Shown one piece after another: positions 55,845 through 62,956 of a stretch of DNA of 64,000 nt. This DNA is from Ruminococcus sp. (lineage in GTDB: Bacteria; Bacillota; Clostridia; Oscillospirales; Ruminococcaceae). Both the position numbers and the translations under genes were made by a program. The stretch is taken from contig SVNK01000010.1 of NCBI GenBank assembly GCA_015066935.1, positions 2,159 through 66,158 on the forward strand. Direction: 5' to 3'. The number at the start of each line of letters is the position of its first letter. Position 1 is the first letter of the stretch. The notes under the pieces are model-generated. The model worked only from the letters and a program-made list of their open reading frames with translations. It searched no databases and was not told the origin of the DNA.

Positions 55845-57620
55845 ATGCTGATGGAGAAAAAAGGAATGAAAGCATTGATTTTCAATTCAGGGCTTGGCAG
55901 CAGAATAGGCAGCCTGACCGAGAATATTCCGAAGTGTCTGTTGAAGCTCAGAAGCGGTGAAAGCATTTTTGCAAGGCAGCTCCGCATTTTATCGGAATGC
56001 GGTATCACCGATGTGGTTGTCACAACAGGAAAATATGAAGCCAAGCTTATTGCTGAAGCAAAGAGGCAAAGCGGGATATCAGTACAGTTTGTCAATAACC
56101 CTCTGTATGCCTCGACCAATTATATTTACTCGCTGTATCTTGCAGGTGAATATCTGGATGATTCAGTTTTAATGCTGCATGGAGATCTGGTTTTTGATAG
56201 GAGTCTTGTGCAGGCAATGCTTGCTGATGAGCGTCCCGATCTTTGCCTTATCAACAGGCAGATTCCCAAGCCTCAAAAGGATTTCAAGGGCAGAATAGAG
56301 GACGGTCGGTTACTGGAGGTTTCGGTGCATATTTTTGATGCGCAGTGCTATGCGCTCCAGCCGATGTATAAGCTTTCCCGCAATACCATGACAAAATGGC
56401 TTGCCCGAACAGAGCAGATGATACACTCAGGATTTACAGGTGTGTACGCGGAAGATGCGCTAAACTACATTGCAGATTCGCTGCATATTGAGGCTATGTC
56501 CTACGCACCGTATTACATCAACGAAATTGATACGCCGCAGGACTATGTACGCGTTTGTGCGGAAATAGAGCGCTATGAAAACGGAGTCAGGTATTCTGTT
56601 TCCTCACTGCAGTCGTTTCTTGCGGAATATCATGCCAGATGTCCGTTTTTTATCATGGGCAGACATCTGTTTGAGAGTGATACTGACCGTTTTCTTGATA
56701 CTCTTGGGATTCCCGTCGGCAGATATTTCGATGTTAAGGAAAACCCGAGCGATGAGAGTGCGGCAGATGCTCTTCGTGCTTTTTTGGAGTATCAGGGCGA
56801 TTTGATTGTTTCTATCGGCGGAGGAAGTGCAATTGATACGGCAAAGGCTGTGAAATTCAGCTTGCTGGATTCTTCTGAATATGGTAACCTTGTGCATATA
56901 GCGATACCCACAACGGCAGGCTCGGGAAGTGAAGCTACGCAGTTTGCGGTTATTTATCGGAACGGCACAAAGTGTTCTCTTGAGCATCCTTCATTACTGC
57001 CTCAGCGATGTATTCTGGACAGCTCGTTGCTTTATAGTATGACAGCACAGCAGCGCAAAGTCTCATTGCTTGATGCGTTTTGTCATAGCATAGAGAGTTT
57101 GCTCTCACATCATGCGTCTGCGGAAAGCAGGGAGCATGCGGCGTCTGCTCTGGATTCGCTGCTTGCATATTATCTTCCGTTTGTAAACGGAGAAGCTTCT
57201 GTTTGTGATGCGGTATTTGCCGCCGCAAATGATGCAGGCAGGGCGATTAATCTTGCCAAGACCTCGTTCGCTCATGCCATGAGTTATGTGCTGACCTCAG
57301 AGCATGGCATCAAGCATGGACAGGCAGCGGCTATCTGTTTGATATACGGTCTGAGGTATGCCGAGCAAATGGGTTTTCAGCCAAAAGCACTTTATGAATT
57401 GCGGCAGGTACTAGGGTGCAGGGGAGAAGAAACTGCCTCTGAGAAATTTGCTGCAATATACCGCAGTATGCAGCCTGAAGAGTATATCTGTCTGCGGAGT
57501 GCGGATCCGACTGAACTTGCAAGCAAGGTAAATGCACAGCGCATTTCAAATTCGGTGATTGCATTCAGTGAGACAGACCTGCTTAACATTTATACTAAGA
57601 TTGTGAAAGCATATTCGTAA
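55845..57620 (+). CDS. Fusion protein: LicC-type nucleotidyl(cytidylyl)transferase + iron-containing (group III) alcohol dehydrogenase
   Basis: The N-terminal domain reads MKALIFNSGLGSRIGSLTENIPKCLL, NNPLYASTNYIYSLYL and NEIDTPQDY (LicC-like). The C-terminal domain reads IGGGSAIDTAKA, PTTAGSGSE and HAMSY..HGIKHGQA (Fe-ADH). The ORF is open from 55485; candidate starts are 55845, 55851 and 55866. Confidence 0.75.
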   Translation: MLMEKKGMKALIFNSGLGSRIGSLTENIPKCLLKLRSGESIFARQLRILSECGITDVVVTTGKYEAKLIAEAKRQSGISVQFVNNPLYASTNYIYSLYLAGEYLDDSVLMLHGDLVFDRSLVQAMLADERPDLCLINRQIPKPQKDFKGRIEDGRLLEVSVHIFDAQCYALQPMYKLSRNTMTKWLARTEQMIHSGFTGVYAEDALNYIADSLHIEAMSYAPYYINEIDTPQDYVRVCAEIERYENGVRYSVSSLQSFLAEYHARCPFFIMGRHLFESDTDRFLDTLGIPVGRYFDVKENPSDESAADALRAFLEYQGDLIVSIGGGSAIDTAKAVKFSLLDSSEYGNLVHIAIPTTAGSGSEATQFAVIYRNGTKCSLEHPSLLPQRCILDSSLLYSMTAQQRKVSLLDAFCHSIESLLSHHASAESREHAASALDSLLAYYLPFVNGEASVCDAVFAAANDAGRAINLAKTSFAHAMSYVLTSEHGIKHGQAAAICLIYGLRYAEQMGFQPKALYELRQVLGCRGEETASEKFAAIYRSMQPEEYICLRSADPTELASKVNAQRISNSVIAFSETDLLNIYTKIVKAYS

Positions 57621-57632
57621 GATATTTCTCTG

Positions 57633-57652
57633 AGCACTGAGCAGTGCTTTTA
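57633..57652 (+). terminator. Weak hairpin after the operon
   Basis: Hairpin agcact-gagc-agtgct followed by ttt. Confidence 0.4.
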
Positions 57653-57702
57653 CTGACAATGAAAAGCGATATATATAAAAGAAAAATCTCCGAAAAATCG
57701 TG

Positions 57703-57751
57703 TTTAAACTGACCCTAAAAAGTTTTTCTTACTTTTTGGGGTCAGTTTAAA
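57703..57751. repeat. 21-bp near-perfect inverted repeat with 7-nt spacer (abutted IS-end-like sequences or a very strong hairpin)
   Basis: tttaaactgaccctaaaaagt-ttttctt-actttttggggtcagtttaaa, with one mismatch. Confidence 0.7.
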
Positions 57752-57775
57752 TGTATTACATACTTCAATTATTGT

Positions 57776-57999
57776 ATGATCCAGTCGTTTTCTGCCAAAG
57801 GATATCCTTATGACAATGCTGTGATGGAATGCTTTTTCAGATATCTCAAGCATGAAAAACAGATCGACGTTCTTATAGCTCATTGCCAGAGCTGCAGGAC
57901 GCTTTGTTCCGTTACATTCATGGTTTCTACAATTCTATGCGTCCACACTCTCATAATAATGGGCTTCCGTCCATTGCGGCTGAAGAGATTGGTGCTTAG
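57776..57999 (+). pseudogene. IS3-family transposase (OrfB) C-terminal remnant, frameshifted
   Basis: It reads IQSFSAKGYPYDNAVMECFFRYLKHEK. In another frame it continues YSSLPELQDALFRYIHGFYNSMRPHSHNNGLP. No upstream catalytic part is present. Confidence 0.75.
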
Positions 58000-58088
58000 T
58001 TCTCTCTTTTTCTGTCTACTTTATTGACATTGGACCATCTTAACTGCACCTTTTTCAGGTATCGGCTTTTTACGATTAGCTTGGGCAT
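57996..58088 (-). pseudogene. 30-codon stub with a strong RBS, possibly the truncated 5' end of a mobilisation relaxase gene
   Basis: AGGAGTG lies 5 nt before the ATG. The peptide MPKLIVKSRYLKK.. is then cut off where the IS3 remnant begins. Confidence 0.3.
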
Positions 58089-58171
58089 AGCATCACTCCT
58101 TTCAGTGGGGATTGTTTTTGCTTCACAAATATGATATAATGATTGTAGTTTTTGTTGATGAGGTGATATGT

Positions 58172-59194
58172 ATGAAAATCGAAATGGGAGAATCTCTTTT
58201 TTATTCTTGGCTGCGTCATGTGAAGGAATGTCAGATAGTACAAACAAACTGGAAGGTATCATCTCAGTGGTCACTATCAAATGCAGAAGAATTAGAAAGA
58301 ATGATGAAGCTTATCGACAATCATTACACACAAAAGTATGACTATGCCATTTTCAAAAACAATTCATCTCTATCTCAGTTGCTACAGCAAGGTGAATGTG
58401 ATGTTCTTGGTATATCTATTCAATCTGATGGGAACCAATACTATGCTGTTGATGTAGCTTTTCATGAAGCAGGATTAAATTATGGCAGTCGAGATACAAC
58501 GGTGATGAAAGTCCTTGAAAAATGTGCAAGGACAGCATTTTGCCTTAATGGGTACATGACAACCAAAGAAGCTGAAATCATTTTTGCATCACCGAAGATC
58601 AATCCATCTGTTCTTTCTGATCTTGAACCTTGTATTGAAGAAATGAATACTATATTCAGCGAAAACGGATATAGCTATATTTTTCGCATTATCGCAAATG
58701 AGGAATATAACGATTCAGTACTGAAGCCTATCCTGTTGGCAAGTGATGGTGTAGCGGATACCTCAGAATTGTTTTTACGCAGTTATCAAATGTATAAAAT
58801 GTTCTCTGACGAAGCAACTAACAGAACCCCAAGAACAAGAACGACTCGAAAAACACATGCTGATGGACTGGACTATACAGAGGCAGATGTATACAAGGAA
58901 TTAAAAATCGGACAGCTTGCTCAAAAAGTTCTGGGACGTTTGTTGATCGATGGCTATGCAACCAATGAAGAAATAGTTGCAATGCAAACACTGGGATATA
59001 GCAAACAGAACTTTGATTTGCAATATCCGCTTTTGGTAGAAGAGAATTCAGATTTTGATCATGTTAGGTATTATGCCAAACCAATTCTCATCAATGGTGT
59101 GAGTTACAGGATGTGTTCGCAATGGTTTGAGACCTCTGCAAATAATGATAGACCATATTTGCTGAAATGGATTGAAGAACACAGCACAAAATAA
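58172..59194 (+). CDS. Orphan 340-aa hypothetical protein (AT-rich cargo gene)
   Basis: GAGGTGA lies upstream of the ATG at 58172, and TATAAT is at about 58135. I recognise no family. The N-terminal half has E..ECDVLGI..AVDVAFHE spacing, weakly reminiscent of a restriction-endonuclease-like fold. Confidence 0.55.
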   Translation: MKIEMGESLFYSWLRHVKECQIVQTNWKVSSQWSLSNAEELERMMKLIDNHYTQKYDYAIFKNNSSLSQLLQQGECDVLGISIQSDGNQYYAVDVAFHEAGLNYGSRDTTVMKVLEKCARTAFCLNGYMTTKEAEIIFASPKINPSVLSDLEPCIEEMNTIFSENGYSYIFRIIANEEYNDSVLKPILLASDGVADTSELFLRSYQMYKMFSDEATNRTPRTRTTRKTHADGLDYTEADVYKELKIGQLAQKVLGRLLIDGYATNEEIVAMQTLGYSKQNFDLQYPLLVEENSDFDHVRYYAKPILINGVSYRMCSQWFETSANNDRPYLLKWIEEHSTK

Positions 59195-59206
59195 TTTTCA
59201 GTATGT

Positions 59207-59240
59207 AAAAGCCGTATCGCACTGATACGGCTTTTGCTTT
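59207..59240 (+). terminator. Intrinsic terminator after the orphan gene
   Basis: Hairpin aaaagccgtatc-gcact-gatacggctttt. Confidence 0.8.
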
Positions 59241-59359
59241 ATTCTTTCTGATACCTGACAGCATCCTCGCAGTCAATGACACCATTTATTTGACGGTTAC
59301 CCAAAAAAACCCTTAGGTGATCCATGGTTTTGCGAATAAAATTTTAGTGTCCATATACG

Positions 59360-59388
59360 CAAAAAAGTCCGAATAATCGGATTTTTTT
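59360..59388. terminator. Bidirectional terminator, positioned as the native terminator of the tRNA fragment
   Basis: Hairpin aaaaaagtccga-ataa-tcggatttttttt. Confidence 0.7.
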
Positions 59389-59417
59389 TGGCATGTGATC
59401 TTTTCGTCACATATAGA

Positions 59418-59474
59418 TGGTGCGGGTGACAGGACTTGAACCTGCACCGAGTTGCCCCGACTGGCACCTAAGAG
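59418..59474 (-). tRNA. 3' fragment of a tRNA-Leu(UAG): anticodon loop, long variable arm, T-arm, 3' acceptor strand and CCA, with no 5' half
   Basis: The reverse complement reads cttaggtgccagtcggggcaactcggtgcaggttcaagtcctgtcacccgcacca. The complementary 5' acceptor strand gcgggtg and a D-arm are absent upstream. Confidence 0.7.
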
Positions 59475-59493
59475 TAGCGTCACGTCAGTGGTT

Positions 59494-59874
59494 TTATTCT
59501 ATCTTGTTTCCATTTCTTATGAGTGCAGTCATAACGACAACAAATTCTGATGGCAGCGGTGGGAAGGTCTGGTTTGATTTCAGGTATTCAAACAGTTCGT
59601 GGTTTTTGTTGACCGTTCTGCAAAACCACGCCGCATCAAGTGCATTCTTTATAGCACCGTTTACACTCATTGGACCAATTGAATATTTCTGACCGACGAT
59701 TTTCAATATGCTTTTATATGTATCACTTTCAATCGGAGTATTCATCCAGAGATAGATAACATCCTTTACATAATTGAAGCCTTTGTATTTTTGTGATATA
59801 CCTAATTCGATCAGTGTTTCGGAAATATGCTGTATGAGAGTTTCATCGGTTGTAATAAGCGTTGTTGTGTTCAT
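59494..59874 (-). CDS. Stand-alone Spo0A C-terminal (DNA-binding) domain-like protein
   Basis: 126 aa. ISETLIELGISQKYKGFNYVKDVI.. MSVNGAIKNALDAAW.. PLPSEFVVVMTALI parallels the Spo0A effector domain. There is no receiver domain. Confidence 0.6.
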   Translation of the reverse strand: MNTTTLITTDETLIQHISETLIELGISQKYKGFNYVKDVIYLWMNTPIESDTYKSILKIVGQKYSIGPMSVNGAIKNALDAAWFCRTVNKNHELFEYLKSNQTFPPLPSEFVVVMTALIRNGNKIE

Positions 59875-59892
59875 AAAATTATTAATCCTTTT

Positions 59893-60010
59893 TTATATGA
59901 TTTTATCGTCGGAGATTTCGATAATACGGTCGCACTGTTTTGCGATTTCAAGGTCGTGTGTGACGATATTATCTCAGCTTTTCAAGTGCATTTTTACCTG
60001 TTCTGCAGAG
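59893..60010 (-). pseudogene. C-terminal remnant of an ABC ATPase (MacB/LolD-like)
   Basis: The reverse strand reads ..DNIVTHDLEIAKQCDRIIEISDDKII*, preceded by stops and frame breaks. Confidence 0.55.
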
Positions 60011-60018
60011 GGCATTCA

Positions 60019-60618
60019 TTAAAACTCTATTTTAATACGTTTATCGGTTGGGGACAGAGTAGCCCACACCCACATATCCTGTTCTTCAAGATTATTCCAG
60101 TTTTGGGGCGTGAAATTCTGTCTGAACAACTGATAAGCAACGCGAACCTTGATTGTTTCGCCTTTCGGGACGGTCAGACTTCCAGAACCCGATAACGCAG
60201 TGCCGCTCAATTCGGAGGAAATTTTCGAAGATAACTGCATATCGGGAGAAGTGTACCAATCTATTCCCATAACAGGAAAGCTTAGCAGCTGCATATCGTT
60301 TTCTGCAGTACCGTCATTAGTTATGGAATAAGTAAGAATCAAACATTTCTCGTAATGAATCATCGGAGCATTCAGAGAATAATTATTAATCAGTTCCTCC
60401 GCATCGACTATTTCCGCATTATCAAGCGAAACGGAATAGCCTTTGTTATATCCGCCTCCGTAAGACATATTATCGTTGAAATCCATTTTCTCATTCATTG
60501 AAAAATACTCTTTGGGGAATCTGTCTTTTATCTTGAATCCATGATTCAGGTTATAGAATTTTACTCCCCATATTAATGCAAGCGCAAGAAATGCACTACT
60601 AATTATCAGTTTTTTCAT
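60019..60618 (-). CDS. Membrane-anchored or secreted DUF4352-like beta-sandwich protein
   Basis: It starts MKKLIISSAFLALALIW and continues with a beta-rich body. It is the last intact gene of the ABC operon. Confidence 0.5.
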   Translation of the reverse strand: MKKLIISSAFLALALIWGVKFYNLNHGFKIKDRFPKEYFSMNEKMDFNDNMSYGGGYNKGYSVSLDNAEIVDAEELINNYSLNAPMIHYEKCLILTYSITNDGTAENDMQLLSFPVMGIDWYTSPDMQLSSKISSELSGTALSGSGSLTVPKGETIKVRVAYQLFRQNFTPQNWNNLEEQDMWVWATLSPTDKRIKIEF

Positions 60619-61285
60619 TTGCCGAAACCTCCTCGGAAATGACCTGTTCATCAATTATTTTTCCGTGTTCGATTTTGTAGATAATATCACACATTTCCTG
60701 AAGAATTGCGTGGTCGTGACAGGTTACGGTAATAAGTGCGCCACGTTTCTTTTCGGAGGCGATTATTTTTTTGACAATTTCAACTCCGCTTGAATCGAGG
60801 GCGTTTGTCGGCTCATCGAGAATAATCAGTTCAGGAGCTTCCATTATAGCCGAGGCTATTCCGAGACGCTGTTTCATTCCGAGAGAATACTTGCGGTATT
60901 TCTTCTTGTCATCGGGATCAAGTCCGACACGGCTAATCGTTTTTTTGATAATATCGTCTGTGATTTTTCCTTTAATCGACGCTAAGAGCTTGAGGTTGTC
61001 AAATCCGCTGAGTCCTCCGAGAAAAGCGGGATTTTCGATGAGTATACCCATATTTTCGGGGAAGTCTATATCTTTTCCGAGCTTTTTTTCATCAAAAAAT
61101 ATATCACCTTTTGTAGGGAGTATCAATCCTGAAATGAGTCGCATAAGCATTGTTTTTCCGCAGCCGTTATAACCACAAAGACCGTATACCGTACCGCTTT
61201 TCAAAGTAAGATTAACACTATCGGCAACAGTATTGCCGCCGATTATTTTTGTTACATTTTTTAGTGTTATGGTCATGTTATTCAC
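60599..61285 (-). CDS. ABC transporter ATP-binding protein (ABC-2 / LanF-BcrA-like)
   Basis: Walker A GYNGCGKT, signature YSLGMKQR, Walker B LIILDEP. Confidence 0.9.
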   Translation of the reverse strand: MNNMTITLKNVTKIIGGNTVADSVNLTLKSGTVYGLCGYNGCGKTMLMRLISGLILPTKGDIFFDEKKLGKDIDFPENMGILIENPAFLGGLSGFDNLKLLASIKGKITDDIIKKTISRVGLDPDDKKKYRKYSLGMKQRLGIASAIMEAPELIILDEPTNALDSSGVEIVKKIIASEKKRGALITVTCHDHAILQEMCDIIYKIEHGKIIDEQVISEEVSANEKTDN

Positions 61286-62142
61286 TCCTTATCGGGCAGG
61301 ATATTTGTTTTCTTGAAATATATTCCGCCTATAATCATACACAGCGCAGTAATTGTAAGACAAATAATAATACCAACGTGCGTGTTATATCCTTTTTTAA
61401 GATAATTCATGTTATAAAGCACCATTGCAGAGCGTGTAAATGCAATTTGCGAATCCGAAAAGGTTCCTGCAATAATGAGTACAACAGAAATAATATAACT
61501 GTAAACAGGCTTTATGACCAGACACAGTGTCATCTGAATCATATTAAGTGCAAGAATAACAGTAAGCGGTGCGATAATAATACAAAGCCTGTCCATGATA
61601 CCTATGCTTTTGCACGATGCACTTTCATAGACCACGCTTTCATTTGTCAGCGCATCGGTTAACTTATAATTATTTTCGGGAGTTAATATAAAATCATGAA
61701 GTACTCCATACAAAAAGATTGTTCCTATAATAAGAATGTAGCACCATACGGTTGCTGCGATGCACCAGATGCATTTTGAAAGCCACCATGACTCTCTTTT
61801 TCGGCAGCGTGTAAGTATTTGTGTACCGAATTGTGTCAGGTCGTTATGCATATATTCAAATCCGATAAACACAGCAAAAACAAATATTGCTATCCAGAAA
61901 TACGGAAGCTCCATTAAAGAATTATCTTTGGGAAGCTTTGAAATGGGATCGTTTCCACGAAAAACAAGCGTAAACAAATCAAAAATCGTTATTTTACCGA
62001 ACGAGCTTCCGTTAGAAAGAATTGCCACCAGATTATCATTGTACATACATTCAAAAAAGCAAAGTATCGGTACAACAAGAAATCTTCTGTTTTTTATGAT
62101 ACCCTGATAAATGTCGCAGCACATCAATTTACAGACATTCAT
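61282..62142 (-). CDS. ABC-2-type transporter permease
   Basis: 286 aa, about 6 TM segments, overlapping both neighbours. Confidence 0.7.
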   Translation of the reverse strand: MNVCKLMCCDIYQGIIKNRRFLVVPILCFFECMYNDNLVAILSNGSSFGKITIFDLFTLVFRGNDPISKLPKDNSLMELPYFWIAIFVFAVFIGFEYMHNDLTQFGTQILTRCRKRESWWLSKCIWCIAATVWCYILIIGTIFLYGVLHDFILTPENNYKLTDALTNESVVYESASCKSIGIMDRLCIIIAPLTVILALNMIQMTLCLVIKPVYSYIISVVLIIAGTFSDSQIAFTRSAMVLYNMNYLKKGYNTHVGIIICLTITALCMIIGGIYFKKTNILPDKE

Positions 62143-62956
62143 ATTTACGCCCCCTTAATGCAAAGAATAAAGATGGGATAATAATTATTACAGCTATATT
62201 GGTAAGCAGGTGGGGAAGATAATTGGTCGACAGAGGTGCGGCGTAAAGCATATCAGACCACACTAAACCGATAGCACGTCCATTTATAGTAACATTATAA
62301 CGCAAAATGATATACGTTCCTATGATTTGCTGTACTGTAAATGTAAGAAAGGTTGAAATAAGGGCAACGGTGTATTTTTTTGTAAGCATTCCGACTCCGA
62401 GAGCGATGCAGACCATTGCACCTCCCCACAGAAAAGCAATGCCCGTCCACGCAAGAAGAAACAGCAAAGGATGTGTATAGAATAATTGCGGACAAAATGA
62501 GAATGCATGAACCGATGATGTACCGACTGCAACTATGGGATAATAAGATGGATAAAAAGTTGAAATCATAAGGAAATGCATTAGTATCGCAAAAGCAAAT
62601 ACTATTCCGCCGCTTATGAATGATACTATATATTTTGCGAGGAAGTATTTTTTTCGGCTTGTTCTGGATAATATCTGGTTAACATACCCGATATTTCTGT
62701 CATATCCGACAGTCCAGCTGTATGCCAGAGTGGTGAGAAGCGGAAGCAGTGAAAAAAGATACACAGCTTCATCCATTCCACGAAATGTGCCAATCCATTT
62801 TATAAATACACTTGTGTAAACGTCATAGCCGTCCTTATACAGCTCATATTTTGACAGAGCATCTAATATTACTATGATTAATGCTGTGAGCAGTGAAATG
62901 TAAAAAGACACGCTGTGCATCATTCTTTTCCATTCAAATCGGATTATTTTCATCAT
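62129..62956 (-). CDS. ABC-2-type transporter permease
   Basis: 275 aa, about 6 TM segments, overlapping both neighbours. Confidence 0.7.
   Translation of the reverse strand: MMKIIRFEWKRMMHSVSFYISLLTALIIVILDALSKYELYKDGYDVYTSVFIKWIGTFRGMDEAVYLFSLLPLLTTLAYSWTVGYDRNIGYVNQILSRTSRKKYFLAKYIVSFISGGIVFAFAILMHFLMISTFYPSYYPIVAVGTSSVHAFSFCPQLFYTHPLLFLLAWTGIAFLWGGAMVCIALGVGMLTKKYTVALISTFLTFTVQQIIGTYIILRYNVTINGRAIGLVWSDMLYAAPLSTNYLPHLLTNIAVIIIIPSLFFALRGRKYECL

Noticed and set aside
59241-59360. 29-codon minus-strand ORF (MDHLRVFLGNRQINGVIDCEDAVRYQKE) between the orphan-gene terminator and the tRNA terminator.
   Set aside because: It is too short, it has no RBS, and I cannot support any family resemblance. 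It is possibly another gene remnant but is not reportable as a feature.
59417-59692. 91-aa plus-strand ORF (MVRVTGLEPAPSC..), and the idea of a complete tRNA gene at 59418-59505.
   Set aside because: The ORF is just a reading of the tRNA fragment and the antisense of the Spo0A-C-like gene. A full tRNA is rejected because no 5' acceptor strand complementary to cacccgc and no D-arm are present, and the anticodon stem does not pair.
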